From UHGV virus genome UHGV-1361184: a stretch of 39,532 nucleotides of DNA; one strand, given 5' to 3'. Made by a program: the position numbers and the translations under genes. Shown piece after piece: positions 9,069-20,767 of the stretch. This stretch comes from a virus. A model generated the notes under the pieces. The model was given only the letters and a program-made list of their open reading frames with translations, was not told the origin of the DNA and searched no databases. Every line of letters begins with the position of its first letter. Positions within the stretch are counted from its first letter, which is position 1.

Positions 9069-9358
9069 TGGCTAATCTACGCAAAGAAGCACGCGGCAGA
9101 GAATGCCAGGTACGTATTTACGGCGTATGCAATGGCAACCCTGAAACTACAGTTCTGGCACATTACCGGATGGCTGGAATTTGCGGAACGGGAATGAAAC
9201 CTGACGACCTGATCGGAGCATGGGCTTGTAGCGCGTGTCACGATGAAATCGACCGACGCACAATGATTATCGACAACAAAGATGCCAGACTTTACCACCT
9301 CGAAGGCGTGATCAGGACGCAGGCGATACTGCTGAAGGAGGGGAAGATTAAGTCATGA
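9068..9358 (+). CDS. YbcO-like (DUF1364-type) Cys-rich protein
   Basis: 96 aa with Cys cluster (CQVRIYGVCNG...CSACHDE); position upstream of rusA as in DLP12-type nin regions. Confidence 0.5.
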   Translation: MANLRKEARGRECQVRIYGVCNGNPETTVLAHYRMAGICGTGMKPDDLIGAWACSACHDEIDRRTMIIDNKDARLYHLEGVIRTQAILLKEGKIKS

Positions 9359-9717
9359 ACGAATATCAGTTTGTGCTTCCATACCCGCCGTCGGTGAATA
9401 CCTACTGGCGAAGACGGGGAAGCCAATACTACATCAGCGATAAAGGCCAGAAATACCGAAAAGACGTTCAGCAAATCATCCACCAACTCAAGTTAGATAT
9501 TTTCACCAAATCACGACTCCGCATCAAAGTCATCGCAGACGTTCCAGACTCCCGCCGCCGCGACCTCGATAACATCCTGAAAGGTTTACTCGACTCCCTT
9601 ATCCACGCCGGATTTGCGGAAGACGACGAGCAATTCGATGACATTCGCGTAATTCGTGGTGTGAAAGTACCAGGCGGAAGGCTTGGAATAAAAATCACCG
9701 AACTGGAGAACGCATGA
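9355..9717 (+). CDS. rusA: RusA Holliday-junction resolvase
   Basis: 120 aa; PYPPSVNTYW and RRRDLDNILK motifs parallel E. coli RusA. Confidence 0.8.
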   Translation: MNEYQFVLPYPPSVNTYWRRRGSQYYISDKGQKYRKDVQQIIHQLKLDIFTKSRLRIKVIADVPDSRRRDLDNILKGLLDSLIHAGFAEDDEQFDDIRVIRGVKVPGGRLGIKITELENA

Positions 9718-9902
9718 ACGCCACAATTCAAACGATACCAGAGCTTCTTATCCAGACACGAGGCAATCAGACCGAGGTGGCAAGGATGCTTTCCTGTGCA
9801 AGAGGAACAGTGCTCAAGTACAACCGAGACAGCAAAGGTGAGCGTCACGTAATAGTTAACGGCGTCCTGATGGTCAAACAGGGCAAGAGGGGAAGACGAT
9901 GA
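9714..9902 (+). CDS. ninH: NinH-like protein
   Basis: TIPELLIQTRGNQTEVARMLSCARGTVLKY parallels lambda NinH (GNQTEVARRLKCSRGTVRKY). Confidence 0.7.
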   Translation: MNATIQTIPELLIQTRGNQTEVARMLSCARGTVLKYNRDSKGERHVIVNGVLMVKQGKRGRR

Positions 9903-10417
9903 GCATAAGAGAACTAAATCTCACCAAAGAGCAGCACGAGTGGCTGAATGGCTGGCTTGAACTGTGGGGCGCATGGGTTTATTCAGGTCGTCTGGAAAAG
10001 CGCATGAGCAGCGTAATAGCGAAGTTCATGGAGAGCGTAGAGCCGGGAAGAGTTATGACAAGGCCAATGTGTAATGATGATGATGGAATGTTGATTTCTC
10101 AGGTCGTCGATTCCGTCATGTACATTGACAAGAAAGCCTTTGGCATCCTCCTCAGCTACTACGCTCATGGTTCATCTAAGCGAGCAATTGCATCCTACTA
10201 TCACGCGACTGCAAAGCCACGCAAGATGTGTGGGCGTGGTGGCGAGGGATGGAGAAAACCTTCACTGGCAACCTGTAGAAACGAAATTGACGATATCCTG
10301 AAAGCGTCATTATTTGTTTTGTACCAACCAATGCAAAATGCTTTCAAAATGCGTAAACGTGTTGAGAAAGTTAAGCATGTTGCTGTTAAAAGTCTTGACA
10401 TGCAATTATCCATTTAG
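9899..10417 (+). CDS. Putative late-gene antiterminator Q (non-lambda type), called mainly by position
   Basis: Last gene of nin region, immediately upstream of a sigma70 promoter and short terminated leader; sequence family not recognised. Confidence 0.5.
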   Translation: MSIRELNLTKEQHEWLNGWLELWGAWVYSGRLEKRMSSVIAKFMESVEPGRVMTRPMCNDDDGMLISQVVDSVMYIDKKAFGILLSYYAHGSSKRAIASYYHATAKPRKMCGRGGEGWRKPSLATCRNEIDDILKASLFVLYQPMQNAFKMRKRVEKVKHVAVKSLDMQLSI

Positions 10418-10424
10418 CCATAAT
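10395..10424 (+). promoter_or_regulatory. PR'-like late promoter
   Basis: -35 TTGACA (10395-10400) and -10 CATAAT (10419-10424), 18-bp spacer, overlapping the 3' end of the Q-like gene. Confidence 0.5.
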
Positions 10425-10433
10425 TAGAAGGTA

Positions 10434-10477
10434 AGCTGCCGTTAGTGACTCTTAAGTTGCAACGGTGGCTTTTTTTA
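10434..10477 (+). terminator. tR'-like intrinsic terminator
   Basis: 10-bp stem (two G-U pairs) 10434-10443/10461-10470 followed by T7 (10471-10477). Confidence 0.45.
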
Positions 10478-10480
10478 TTT

Positions 10481-10555
10481 GGGTCAGTCGTATAAAGGTC
10501 ATTACGGAAGGCTGTTAACCTTCTTATCGTGGTTCGAGTCCACGCTGTCCCGCCA
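10481..10555 (+). tRNA. tRNA-like gene, anticodon GUU (Asn) by hand fold; non-canonical acceptor and D stems
   Basis: Acceptor GGGTCAG/CTGTCCC (one T-T mismatch), anticodon stem GAAGG/CCTTC with loop CTGTTAA, T-arm CGTGG-TTCGAGT-CCACG, 3' GCCA. Confidence 0.45.
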
Positions 10556-10560
10556 AATAT

Positions 10561-10636
10561 GCTGGTTTAGCTCCAATGGTAGAGCAGTCGCCTTGTAAGC
10601 GAATGGGTAGCGGTTCAAATCCGTTAACCAGCACCA
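10561..10636 (+). tRNA. tRNA gene, anticodon UGU (Thr) by hand fold
   Basis: 76 nt: acceptor GCTGGTT/AACCAGC, D-arm GCTC-CAATGGTA-GAGC, anticodon loop CTTGTAA, T-arm AGCGG-TTCAAAT-CCGTT, 3' ACCA. Confidence 0.55.
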
Positions 10637-10878
10637 TAACTGAGCCGTAGCCACTGGCTATCCTGAATTCATCAGTGATAGTTACGCTGCGGCATTCTAC
10701 GCATGACCTTCGTGAAAGCGGGTGGCAAGAGGCTGCGCTAACAACCTCCTGCCGTTTTGCCCGTGCATATCGGTCACGAACAAATCTGATTACTAAACAC
10801 AGTAGCCTGGATTTGTTCTATCAGTAATCGACCTTATTCCTAATTAAATAGAGCAAATCCCCTTATTGGGGGTAAGAC

Positions 10879-11202
10879 ATGAAGATGCCAGAAAAACATG
10901 ACCTGTTAGCCGCCATTCTCGCGGCAAAGGAACAAGGCATCGGGGCAATCCTTGCGTTTGCAATGGCGTACCTTCGCGGCAGATATAATGGCGGTGCGTT
11001 TACAAAAACAGTAATCGACGCAACGATGTGCGCCATTATCGCCTGGTTCATTCGTGACCTTCTCGACTTCGCCGGACTAAGTAGCAATCTCGCTTATATA
11101 ACGAGCGTGTTCATCGGCTACATCGGTACTGACTCGATTGGTTCGCTTATCAAACGCTTCGCTGCTAAAAAAGCCGGAGTAGAAGATGGTGGAAATCAAT
11201 AA
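10879..11202 (+). CDS. S: Holin S (dual-start S107/S105)
   Basis: [39 protein letters not shown]... essentially lambda S; upstream stem CCCC/GGGG (10860-10873). Confidence 0.95.
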   Translation: MKMPEKHDLLAAILAAKEQGIGAILAFAMAYLRGRYNGGAFTKTVIDATMCAIIAWFIRDLLDFAGLSSNLAYITSVFIGYIGTDSIGSLIKRFAAKKAGVEDGGNQ

Positions 11203-11662
11203 TCAACGTAAGGCGTTCCTCGATATGCTGGCGTGGTCAGAGGGAACTGATAACGGACGTCAGAAAACCAGAAATCATGGTTATGACGTCATTGTAGGCG
11301 GAGAGCTATTCACTGATTACTCCGATCACCCTCGCAAACTTGTCACGCTAAACCCCAAACTCAAATCAACAGCCGCCGGACGCTACCAGCTTCTTTCCCG
11401 TTGGTGGGATGCCTACCGCAAGCAGCTTGGCCTGAAAGACTTCTCTCCCAAAAGCCAGGACGCTGTGGCACTGCAGCAGATTAAGGAGCGTGGCGCTTTA
11501 CCGATGATTGATCGCGGTGATATTCGTCAGGCTATCGACCGTTGCAGCAATATCTGGGCTTCACTGCCGGGGGCTGGTTACGGTCAGTTCGAGCATAAGG
11601 CTGACAGCCTGATTGCAAAATTCAAAGAAGCAGGCGGAACGGTCAGAGAGATTGAGGCATGA
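11186..11662 (+). CDS. R: Endolysin R (lytic transglycosylase)
   Basis: 158 aa, [53 protein letters not shown]... matches lambda R. Confidence 0.95.
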   Translation: MVEINNQRKAFLDMLAWSEGTDNGRQKTRNHGYDVIVGGELFTDYSDHPRKLVTLNPKLKSTAAGRYQLLSRWWDAYRKQLGLKDFSPKSQDAVALQQIKERGALPMIDRGDIRQAIDRCSNIWASLPGAGYGQFEHKADSLIAKFKEAGGTVREIEA

Positions 11663-12096
11663 ACAGAGTAACCGCGATTATCTCCGCTCTGGTTATCTGC
11701 ATCATCGTCTGCCTGTCATGGGCTGTTAATCATTACCGTGATAACGCCATCGCCTACAAAGAGCAGCGCGATCAAGCCACATCCACAATCGCTGATATGC
11801 AGAAGCGTCAACGTGACGTAGCAGAACTCGATGCCAGATATACAAAGGAGCTTGCTGATGCTAACGCGACTATCGAAAGTCTCCGTGCTGATGTTTCTGC
11901 TGGTCGTAAGCGCCTGCAAGTCGCCGCCACCTGTGCAAAGTCAACGACCGGAGCCAGCAGCATGGGCGATGGAGAAAGCCCAAGACTTACAGCAGATGCT
12001 GAACTCAATTATTACCGTCTCAGAAGTGGAATCGACAGGATAACCGCGCAGGTTAACTACCTGCAGGAATACATCAGGACGCAATGCCTTCGATGA
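11659..12096 (+). CDS. Rz: Spanin inner-membrane subunit Rz
   Basis: N-terminal TM segment [30 protein letters not shown] as in lambda Rz; start overlaps R stop. Confidence 0.9.
   Translation: MNRVTAIISALVICIIVCLSWAVNHYRDNAIAYKEQRDQATSTIADMQKRQRDVAELDARYTKELADANATIESLRADVSAGRKRLQVAATCAKSTTGASSMGDGESPRLTADAELNYYRLRSGIDRITAQVNYLQEYIRTQCLR
11858..12043 (+). CDS. Rz1: Spanin outer-membrane lipoprotein Rz1 (embedded in Rz, +1 frame)
   Basis: [20 protein letters not shown] lipobox followed by Pro-rich [13 protein letters not shown]; AAGGAG RBS 11845-11850. Confidence 0.8.
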   Translation: MLTRLSKVSVLMFLLVVSACKSPPPVQSQRPEPAAWAMEKAQDLQQMLNSIITVSEVESTG

Positions 12097-12396
12097 TAGC
12101 GATAATTTTACTCATCATCCTTCACATCTGGCTCTGTAGACAGGGTGATGATCACTTCTGGAGTGAATCCAGATTAAACATCTCATTGCTGATGCTTGAT
12201 ATTGAGCATCTGGCGCGCGGCAAGGGGCTGCGTTGAGATAAGAGCCAGTTCATTACAAAGCCTATCTACGGGTGGGCTTGATAATGAAACCGGAATTTAT
12301 TCTGGGTAACCAGTTACGGCAGTACAGCGAAACAACCCAAGCCAGAAAGTGGGGAAATAACACTGGCAGCCACTGAAAGATGAACCTCCAGCCTTA

Positions 12397-12834
<438 letters not shown>

Positions 12835-12946
12835 GACGAACCGATTGATGCATTGAAAATTTTGCGTGTGAATTGATGTGTCTCATCAATTATTCTGGTG
12901 GATGAACTCATTATGATTTTTCACTCACCGGTATCGGAGCAAATCG

Positions 12947-13687
12947 ATGCATCAAACTTTAGCCAACGCAACGTTTCAGGTCATTGCAGGTGATTCTCGT
13001 GGTAGTGGGTTCAGCTTTATGCGAGAAGATCTGGTCGTAACCAATTTTCATGTTGTCGCCACCTGTTGTGACTTACAGAGCATGCGTCAAATCAATAATG
13101 TCACCCTTCAAACTGAAGCTAATGAGCATATTGGTGCTCAAATATTGCATGTTGATGGTAGTAACGACTTTGCTATCATGCAATTGCAATCCCCCCTTCC
13201 TGGCGGAAGAACAGTCCTTCAACCATCTGCTGGGTTTGCTCCATCCAGGGGCAGAAAAGTAATTTTTGCAGGATACCCGCATGGGATACCTCTGTTACTA
13301 ACAAGTGAGGCAATTATTTCAGCACCGATGGAGCATGGCCGATTTACGCTTGATGGAATGGTTAATGGGGGGAACTCAGGAGGACCTATTATTGATCGAG
13401 ATTCGGGAGAGTTAGTAGGTATCGTCACCCAGCGTAGATATATAATGGGCGATCAGGCTGATGCTTTCAGCCAAGAAATAGCCCAACTGCGACAATATCT
13501 TTCTTCAGCAAGTCTGCATGGAAGTGTTGAGATCATGGGTGTTAATTTCGGGCAAATGGCGGACATGTTTGGTAGATCGCTACAGATTGTTTCGGACATG
13601 ATGTCGCTGAATGCTAACTCCGGAATTGGTATTGGATTTTCAATCCAGCCCATCGTTGATGTGATCACATCTTTCCCTACGAAATAA
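12947..13687 (+). CDS. Cytoplasmic trypsin-like (S1/HtrA-type) serine protease with uncharacterised C-terminal region
   Basis: Catalytic-triad motifs in order: TNFHVV (His), DFAIMQL (Asp), GNSGGPI (Ser); no signal peptide; AT-rich. Confidence 0.75.
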   Translation: MHQTLANATFQVIAGDSRGSGFSFMREDLVVTNFHVVATCCDLQSMRQINNVTLQTEANEHIGAQILHVDGSNDFAIMQLQSPLPGGRTVLQPSAGFAPSRGRKVIFAGYPHGIPLLLTSEAIISAPMEHGRFTLDGMVNGGNSGGPIIDRDSGELVGIVTQRRYIMGDQADAFSQEIAQLRQYLSSASLHGSVEIMGVNFGQMADMFGRSLQIVSDMMSLNANSGIGIGFSIQPIVDVITSFPTK

Positions 13688-13720
13688 ACATTCGTTGTAT
13701 AAGATTTTATACATGATATG

Positions 13721-13744
13721 GCCACGCATATGTGTGGCTTTTTA
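13721..13744 (+). terminator. Intrinsic terminator after protease gene
   Basis: GCCAC...GTGGC hairpin followed by T5-6. Confidence 0.6.
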
Positions 13745-13850
13745 TTGCCATCACAAAAGCCATTCCTTGCAGAGTGGCTTTGATAATGGCTTATACCCTA
13801 CACGGGATAACTTAACTGATATCCCTTTTAACGGATAAACGGAGCCAACA

Positions 13851-14093
13851 ATGGCAGAGATTATTCCCATGACTGAAGAATAGAAATTCCAGTTAGAGAT
13901 TTACAAACTGGTCATGAACCAGAACGCAGCCGCAGAAGAAGCATTTCAGTTCATTGGCACTGACGAGCTGAAGCTTGAGCTATTCAAAATTCACTTCCAG
14001 TCAGGCGGCGCTAATTCTGATATCACGACCCGCACTATCGAAGCGGTGCGTAAATCGAAGGAAGCGTTAGACCTGTTTACTACCGGAGCATGA
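13851..14093 (+). pseudogene. 80-codon ORF (position of P22 orf80) interrupted by an in-frame TAG at codon 11
   Basis: GGAG RBS then ATG 13851; MAEIIPMTEE-TAG(13881-13883)-KFQLEIYKLVMNQNAAAEEAFQFIG... open to TGA 14091-14093; internal ATG at 13914. Confidence 0.4.
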
Positions 14094-14128
14094 TGCTCAA
14101 CCTGAAATAACAAATAAGTGAGATGAAT

Positions 14129-14617
14129 ATGGCAGCACCAAAGGGCAACCGATTTTGGGAGGCCCGCAGTAGTCATGGGCGAAACCCTAAATTCGAATCG
14201 CCTGAGGCGCTGTGGGCTGCTTGTTGTGAATACTTCGAGTGGGTGGAAGCTAACCCGCTATGGGAGATGAAGGCGTTCTCGTATCAGGGTGAAGTGATAC
14301 AAGAACCTATCGCCAAGATGCGAGCGATGACCATTACCGGCCTCACTCTGTTCATTGATGTGACGCTTGAAACATGGCGCACATATCGCCTGCGAGAAGA
14401 TTTATCTGAAGTCGTTACGCGAGCAGAGCAGGTCATCTACGACCAGAAATTCTCTGGCGCAGCCGCTGACCTTCTCAACGCTAACATCATCGCCCGTGAT
14501 TTGGGCCTCAAAGAGCAGTCGCAAGTTGAAGACGTGACACCTGATAAGGGAGATCGCGATAAGCGACGCTCTCGTATCAAGGAGCTATTCAACCGTGGAA
14601 CTGGACGCGATTCTTGA
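14129..14617 (+). CDS. 3: Terminase small subunit (P22 gp3-like)
   Basis: [53 protein letters not shown]... matches P22 gp3 as recalled (162 aa); contains pac-like sequence. Confidence 0.85.
   Translation: MAAPKGNRFWEARSSHGRNPKFESPEALWAACCEYFEWVEANPLWEMKAFSYQGEVIQEPIAKMRAMTITGLTLFIDVTLETWRTYRLREDLSEVVTRAEQVIYDQKFSGAAADLLNANIIARDLGLKEQSQVEDVTPDKGDRDKRRSRIKELFNRGTGRDS
14396..14417. other. Candidate pac site (P22-type) within gene 3
   Basis: GAAGATTTATCTGAAGTCGTTA matches my recollection of the P22 pac sequence. Confidence 0.45.
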
Positions 14618-16094
14618 TAACTTGAGCGACGAAGAGCAAATCGAGTTGCTCGAGCTACTCGAAGAAGAAGAGAACTACCGGAACACACACCTGCTATATG
14701 AATTTACGCCATACAGCAAACAGCGTGAGTTCATCGACGCCGGTCATGACTATCCAGAGCGCTGTTTTATGGCTGGTAACCAGCTTGGTAAGTCATTTAC
14801 TGGCGCTGCTGAAGTCGCGTTTCACCTTACCGGGCGTTATCCGGGCACAAAAGGCTATCCTGCTGATGGTAAATATGGCGGTGAGTGGAAAGGTAAGCGT
14901 TTCTATGAGCCTGTTGTCTTCTGGATTGGTGGCGAGACAAACGAGACGGTAACCAAAACGACTCAACGCATCCTGTGCGGTCGTATTGAAGAGAATGATG
15001 AGCCGGGCTACGGTTCAATACCGAAAGAGGACATCATTAGCTGGAAGAAGTCTCCTTTCTTTCCGAACCTTGTTGATCACCTTCTGGTTAAGCATCACAC
15101 GGCTGATGGCGTTGAAGATGGCATTTCAATCTGCTACTTCAAACCATACTCGCAAGGCCGCGCTCGCTGGCAGGGTGACACAATCCACGGCGTGTGGTTT
15201 GACGAAGAGCCACCATACAGCATTTATGGCGAAGGTCTTACCCGTACCAACAAATACGGGCAATTCTCAATTCTGACGTTTACCCCGCTGATGGGGATGT
15301 CTGACGTTGTTACCAAGTTCCTGAAGAATCCCAGCAAGTCGCAGAAAGTGGTCAACATGACCATCTATGACGCCGAGCACTACACAGACGAGCAGAAAGA
15401 GCAAATCATCGCATCCTATCCTGAGCATGAGAGAGAGGCGCGTGCTCGCGGTATTCCTACGATGGGTAGCGGGCGAATCTTCCAGATACCGGAAGAGACG
15501 ATTAAGTGTCAGCCGTTCGAGTGTCCTGATCACTTCTACGTAATTGGCGGGATGGATTTCGGATGGGATCACCCGCAGGCGCAGGTTCAGCTTTGGTGGG
15601 ATAAGGACGCAGACACAATCTACGTTTCACGCGTGTGGAAGGCGAAAGAAAAAACAGCGGTTCAGGCATGGGGAGCTGTTAAATCATGGGCGCATAAAGT
15701 GCCAACCGCATGGCCTCATGACGGAAACCAGCATGAGAAGGGCGGCGGTGAGCAGCTCAAAGGGCAGTATGCAGACGCTGGATTTATGATGTTGCAGGAG
15801 CATGCGACATGGCATGATGGCGGTAACGCTGTTGAGCCTGGCATCACTGAATTGCGAGACATGATGCTCGACGGTCGCTTCAAAGTATTCAACACCTGTG
15901 AGCCATTCTTTGAGGAGTTCCGCCTCTATCACCGTGATGAAAACGGGAAAATCGTCAAGCTTAACGACGACGTGCTATCCGCCGTTCGCTATGCATACAT
16001 GATGCGCCGCTTCGCAAAAATGATGCGCGACATCAAAAAACCAAAAGAGAAAAAGATACCAGCCCCAATCAGGCCCATCGCACGGAGAACTTAA
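14595..16094 (+). CDS. 2: Terminase large subunit (P22 gp2-like)
   Basis: 499 aa; N-terminal [46 protein letters not shown]; ATPase and nuclease regions. Confidence 0.9.
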   Translation: MELDAILDNLSDEEQIELLELLEEEENYRNTHLLYEFTPYSKQREFIDAGHDYPERCFMAGNQLGKSFTGAAEVAFHLTGRYPGTKGYPADGKYGGEWKGKRFYEPVVFWIGGETNETVTKTTQRILCGRIEENDEPGYGSIPKEDIISWKKSPFFPNLVDHLLVKHHTADGVEDGISICYFKPYSQGRARWQGDTIHGVWFDEEPPYSIYGEGLTRTNKYGQFSILTFTPLMGMSDVVTKFLKNPSKSQKVVNMTIYDAEHYTDEQKEQIIASYPEHEREARARGIPTMGSGRIFQIPEETIKCQPFECPDHFYVIGGMDFGWDHPQAQVQLWWDKDADTIYVSRVWKAKEKTAVQAWGAVKSWAHKVPTAWPHDGNQHEKGGGEQLKGQYADAGFMMLQEHATWHDGGNAVEPGITELRDMMLDGRFKVFNTCEPFFEEFRLYHRDENGKIVKLNDDVLSAVRYAYMMRRFAKMMRDIKKPKEKKIPAPIRPIARRT

Positions 16095-18260
16095 ATGGCC
16101 GACGAAAACAGACTCAATTCCATTCTGTGTAAGTTTGACGCAGACTGGATGGCGAGCGATGAAGCCAGAACCGAGGCGACAAATGACCTGTATTTTAGCC
16201 GAGTGTCGCAATGGGATGACTGGCTATCAAACTACACGACCCTGCAATATCGCGGACAATTCGATGTTGTTCGCCCGGTGGTCAGGAAACTGGTCGCAGA
16301 GATGCGCCGTAACCCTATCGACGTTCTCTTCCGACCCAAAGACGGCGCTAATCCTGATGCAGCCGATGTGTTGATGGGGATGTATCGTACTGATATGCGC
16401 CATAACACGGCAAAAATTGCCGTTAACGTTGGCGTTCGTGAGCAGATAGAGTCCGGCGTTGGTGCATGGCGTCTGGTCACGCAGTACGAAGACAACGATC
16501 CAACAAGCAACAATCAGGTAATCCGACGCCTGCCAATCCATGAAGCCTGCTCACACGTCATATGGGACGCCAACAGCAAGCAGATGGATAAGAGCGATGC
16601 TAAGCACTGCACGGTGATTAACGCCTTGTCACGCAATGGCTGGAAAGAGTTCGCAGAGGATTACGGTATTGATCCGGATACCTTGCCATCTTTCCAGAAT
16701 CCGAACGATACATGGCTGTTCCCTTGGGTATCGAATGATGTCGTCTACGTCGCTGAGTATTACGAGGTCGAAGAGAAGAAAGAGAAGGTCTTCATCTACC
16801 GCGACCCGCTGACAGGTGAGCCGGTCAGCTATTACCAGCAAGATATCAAAGACGTCATCGACGACCTGGCTAATCGTGGATTCATTAAGGTAGCAGAGCG
16901 CAAGGTGAAGCGTCGGCGTGTGTATAAGTCGATCATCACCTGCACGCAGATACTGAAAGACCGAGAAAAGATAGCCGGAGAGCATATCCCAATCGTTCCT
17001 GTGTACGGCGAATGGTCATTCGCTGGTGACAAGGAGTGCTACGAAGGAGTGGTAAGGCTGACGAAAGACGGTCAGCGCCTTCGTAACATGATCATGTCGT
17101 TCAACGCCGATATTGTTGCTCGTTCACCGAAGAAGAAACCTACCTTCTTCCCTGAGCAAATCGAAGGCTACGAATACATGTACGGTGGAAATGATGACTA
17201 TCCGTACTATCTGCAGAACAGGACCGATGAAAACGGTAACGACCTGCCGATTGGTCCAATCTCCTACATGGAAAACCCTGAAGTGCCGCAAGCCAACGCT
17301 TATATGCTTGAGGCTGCCACCAACGCAGTGAAAGAGGTGGCTAGTCTTGGTGTGGATGCGCAGGCAGCAAACTCTCAGGTCGCTTTCGATACCGTCAATC
17401 AACTGAACATGCGGGCAGACCTTGAGACATACGTGTTTCAGGATAACCTGGCTACCGCAATGCGACGTGATGGCGAGATTTATGCCTCAATGGTCAACGA
17501 TATTTATGACGTTCCTCGTCATGTAACGCTGACACTTGAAGATGGAAGCGAGAAAGACGTTCAACTCTATGCGCAAGTTGTCGATTACCAGTCCGGCAAT
17601 GTGGTCACACTCAACGACATTCGCGGTCGCTATGAGTGCTATACAGACGTCGGACCATCCTTCCAGAGTATGAAGGAACAGAACCGTGCAGAGATTCAGG
17701 AGTTGCTCACCAAGGTTCCGCAAGGTACTCCAGAATTCCAGATGCTGATGCTGCAATACTTCACGCTGCTTGACGGTAAAGGCGTCGAGATGATGCGAGA
17801 GTACGCGAACAAGCAACTGGTGATGATGGGGCTGAAGAAACCAGAAACACCTGAAGAGATGGAGATGGTGCAGCAGGCACAACAACAGCCGCAGCAGCCA
17901 TCAGCAGAGCAAATTCAGGCGCAGGGTATCCTTCTGCAAGGTCAGGCTGAATTGCTCAAGGCAGAGAACCAACAGGCGCAGATTCAGGTTGAAGCCGCCA
18001 AGGTTGAAGCCCAAAACCAACTCAACGCCGCGAAGATTGCAGAAATCTTCAACAATATGGACCTCGACAAGCAGGCAGAACTGCGTGAGTACCTCAAGCT
18101 CGTAGGTCAATTCCAGCAACAGCGCAGCAAAGATGCTCGTGCTAACGCTGAGCTGCTTCTTAAAGATGCAGACCAGACTCATTCACAACGCATGGATTTC
18201 GCGAATCTTATGCGTCAAGTTCAAATCCCCTCCGGCGGAGTAGCCGAGACACCTCAATAA
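16095..18260 (+). CDS. 1: Portal protein (P22 gp1-like)
   Basis: 721 aa; long stretches match P22 portal as recalled ([35 protein letters not shown]-terminal Gln-rich barrel). Confidence 0.95.
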   Translation: MADENRLNSILCKFDADWMASDEARTEATNDLYFSRVSQWDDWLSNYTTLQYRGQFDVVRPVVRKLVAEMRRNPIDVLFRPKDGANPDAADVLMGMYRTDMRHNTAKIAVNVGVREQIESGVGAWRLVTQYEDNDPTSNNQVIRRLPIHEACSHVIWDANSKQMDKSDAKHCTVINALSRNGWKEFAEDYGIDPDTLPSFQNPNDTWLFPWVSNDVVYVAEYYEVEEKKEKVFIYRDPLTGEPVSYYQQDIKDVIDDLANRGFIKVAERKVKRRRVYKSIITCTQILKDREKIAGEHIPIVPVYGEWSFAGDKECYEGVVRLTKDGQRLRNMIMSFNADIVARSPKKKPTFFPEQIEGYEYMYGGNDDYPYYLQNRTDENGNDLPIGPISYMENPEVPQANAYMLEAATNAVKEVASLGVDAQAANSQVAFDTVNQLNMRADLETYVFQDNLATAMRRDGEIYASMVNDIYDVPRHVTLTLEDGSEKDVQLYAQVVDYQSGNVVTLNDIRGRYECYTDVGPSFQSMKEQNRAEIQELLTKVPQGTPEFQMLMLQYFTLLDGKGVEMMREYANKQLVMMGLKKPETPEEMEMVQQAQQQPQQPSAEQIQAQGILLQGQAELLKAENQQAQIQVEAAKVEAQNQLNAAKIAEIFNNMDLDKQAELREYLKLVGQFQQQRSKDARANAELLLKDADQTHSQRMDFANLMRQVQIPSGGVAETPQ

Positions 18261-18273
18261 GAGAGAGTTAACC

Positions 18274-19185
18274 ATGGACCAAACCACCGACATTCAGGCT
18301 TCTGAAGAATTAACCCTGCCAGGCAATCATGCAGCGGCATCTGCTGATGGCTTAGTTGTCGATAATGCCAACGACAACGCAGGTCAGGAAGAAGGCTTCG
18401 AGATTGTCCTGAAAGACGATGAGAAACCAAAACAAGACCCGGCAACTAATGCTGAATTTGCCCGTCGCCGCATCGAACGCAAACGCCAGCGTGAGCTTGA
18501 GCAGCAGATGGAAGCGGTTAAGCGTGGAGAGTTGCCGGAGCACCTGCGGGTGAACCCTGAGTTACCAAAACAACCAGACCCTAACGATTATCTTTCCGAA
18601 GATGCACTGGCTAAGTACGACTATGACCAGAGCCGCGCACTGGCTGCCTTCCAGCAGGCAAACAGTGAATGGCAGATCAAGGCTATGGACGCACGAAGCC
18701 AGGCTGTCGCCGAGCAGGGTCGCAAAACTCAGGAGTTCACCCAGCAATCAGCGCAATACGTCGAGGCAGCCCGTAAGCACTACGACGCAGCGGAAAAGCT
18801 CAATATCCCTGACTATCAGGAGAAAGAGGATGCATTCATGCAACTGGTGCCGCCAGCAGTCGGTGCCGACATCATGCGCCTCTTCCCGGAGAAATCCGCT
18901 GCTCTCATGTATCACCTTGGTGCTAATCCTGAGAAAACACGCCAGTTGCTGGCGATGGACGGGCAATCCGCGCTGATTGAACTCACTCGACTGTCAGAAC
19001 GTTTAACTCTCAAGCCTCGAGCCAAGTCTGTTTCAGAAGCCCCGTTACCTGATGAACCCATTCAGGGACACGCTGTTGCTGCAAATATCTCTGCGATTGA
19101 AAAGCAGATGGAAGCGGCAGCAAACAAAGGTGATGTAGAGACGTACCGCAAGCTTAAGGCGCAACTGAATAAAGGAATTCGATAA
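18274..19185 (+). CDS. 8: Scaffolding protein (P22 gp8-like)
   Basis: 303 aa, acidic/helical, between portal and coat genes. Confidence 0.85.
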   Translation: MDQTTDIQASEELTLPGNHAAASADGLVVDNANDNAGQEEGFEIVLKDDEKPKQDPATNAEFARRRIERKRQRELEQQMEAVKRGELPEHLRVNPELPKQPDPNDYLSEDALAKYDYDQSRALAAFQQANSEWQIKAMDARSQAVAEQGRKTQEFTQQSAQYVEAARKHYDAAEKLNIPDYQEKEDAFMQLVPPAVGADIMRLFPEKSAALMYHLGANPEKTRQLLAMDGQSALIELTRLSERLTLKPRAKSVSEAPLPDEPIQGHAVAANISAIEKQMEAAANKGDVETYRKLKAQLNKGIR

Positions 19186-20480
19186 TGGCATTAAATGAAG
19201 GTCAACTGGTCACATATGCTCTGGATGAAATCATCGAAACCGTCCAGAACCTGACGCCAATGGCGTCCAAAGTGACAAAATACACCCCTCCGGCAGAATC
19301 CATGCAACGTTCAAGCAACACCGTGTGGATGCCTGTTGAGCAGGAAGCGCCAACTCAGACAGGCTGGGATTTAACTGGCAACGCAACCGGGATTCTGGAA
19401 CTCTCCGTGAAATGCAACATGGGCGATCCGGATAACGATTTCTTCGAGCTTCGTGCAGATGACCTGCGTGATGAGCGTTCTTACCGTCGCCGCATCCAGG
19501 CATCCGCCAAAAAACTGGCGAATAACATTGAGTCAGCAATTGCCAAACAGGCAACCGAAATGGGCTCACTTGTTGTTCACGATACCCGCGCAATTGGTCC
19601 ATCTACTGGCCTGTCTGGCTGGGATTTTGTGTCTGATGCAGAGCGCCTGATGTTCTCCCGTGAGCTAAACCGCGATATGGGCATCAGTTACTTCCTGAAC
19701 CCTGACGATTACCGCAAAGCAGGCCGCAACCTGGTAGATGGTGACATCTTTGGGCGCGTTCCTGAAGAAGCGTATCGTAACGGTACTATTCAGCGTCAGA
19801 TTGCTGGCTTTGATGAAATTCTTCGCTCACCGAAACTTCCGGCAGTTACCAAGTCAACCGCTACTGGTGTAACTGTTTCTGGTGCGCAGAAGTTTAAGCC
19901 GCAGGCATACACCCTTGATACCGATGGTAACAAAGAGAACGTCGACAACCGTGTTGCAACGGTGACCGTATCCTCCACCACCGGATTTAAGCGCGGCGAC
20001 AAAATCAGCTTCACTGGTGTGAAATTCCTATCTCAGATGGCGAAGAACGTGCTGACTGATGATGCTACTTTCTCAATCACCCGAGTGATCGATAGTACTC
20101 ACATCGAAATCACGCCGAAGCCGATTGCGCTGGATGACTCGTCACTGACAAAAGAAGAGAAGGCTTACGCTAACGTAAACACCTCTCTTGCTGATACCAC
20201 TCCGGTAAACGTTCTGAACGTGGCAACAACCACCGCTAACGTGTTCTGGGCTGATGACTCAATCCGCCTGCTGTCTCAGCCGATTCCGGTAACCCATGAA
20301 CTGTTTGCTGGCATGAAAACTTCTTCCTTCAGCATTCCAGGTATTGGTGTTAACGGCATCTTCGCAACGCAGGGGGATATCAACACTCTGTCTGGCAAGT
20401 GCCGTATTGCTGTGTGGTATTCAGCATGTGCTGTACGACCAGAGGCAATTGGTGTTGGTCTGCCTAACCAGACCGCGTGA
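19185..20480 (+). CDS. 5: Major coat protein (P22 gp5-like)
   Basis: 431 aa; [19 protein letters not shown]..., ...[14 protein letters not shown] match P22 coat as recalled. Confidence 0.95.
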   Translation: MALNEGQLVTYALDEIIETVQNLTPMASKVTKYTPPAESMQRSSNTVWMPVEQEAPTQTGWDLTGNATGILELSVKCNMGDPDNDFFELRADDLRDERSYRRRIQASAKKLANNIESAIAKQATEMGSLVVHDTRAIGPSTGLSGWDFVSDAERLMFSRELNRDMGISYFLNPDDYRKAGRNLVDGDIFGRVPEEAYRNGTIQRQIAGFDEILRSPKLPAVTKSTATGVTVSGAQKFKPQAYTLDTDGNKENVDNRVATVTVSSTTGFKRGDKISFTGVKFLSQMAKNVLTDDATFSITRVIDSTHIEITPKPIALDDSSLTKEEKAYANVNTSLADTTPVNVLNVATTTANVFWADDSIRLLSQPIPVTHELFAGMKTSSFSIPGIGVNGIFATQGDINTLSGKCRIAVWYSACAVRPEAIGVGLPNQTA

Positions 20481-20487
20481 TAACCAG

Positions 20488-20510
20488 AGGGAGCTTCGGC
20501 TCCCTTTTTT
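20488..20510 (+). terminator. Intrinsic terminator after coat gene
   Basis: AGGGAGC-TTCG-GCTCCCT hairpin followed by T6. Confidence 0.7.
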
Positions 20511-20524
20511 ATCTGGAGACAAGC

Positions 20525-20767
20525 ATGACACACATGATCTTTCGTCATGGAGACATGAAGAAGTGGAAAGGCGTTGGATACGACTTTGAAATCGTGAAAG
20601 CCGAAGAGCTTCAGGAATATCTGGATGCTGGCTGGTTTGCACATCCTGATGATCTTCTGAAGGATGTTGCAGAGCCAGAGCCAGAGCCAGAGCCAGAAGA
20701 AAAACAGCGTAAAAAGCCTGGTCGAAAACCTAAGGCGGCAGCAGATGAACCTGACAACGAAGGGTGA
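20525..20767 (+). CDS. Small acidic protein (80 aa) with (EP)n repeat, overlapping the gp4 start
   Basis: GGAG RBS then ATG 20525; [70 protein letters not shown]... Confidence 0.45.
   Translation: MTHMIFRHGDMKKWKGVGYDFEIVKAEELQEYLDAGWFAHPDDLLKDVAEPEPEPEPEEKQRKKPGRKPKAAADEPDNEG
20670..20697. repeat. Hexanucleotide tandem repeat (GAGCCA)4
   Basis: GCAGAGCCAGAGCCAGAGCCAGAGCCAGAA read directly; encodes EPEPEPEP. Confidence 0.85.

Noticed and set aside
16227-17885. Several 90-130-aa minus-strand ORFs inside the portal gene
   Set aside because: All antisense to a near-full-length P22 portal homologue; no independent support
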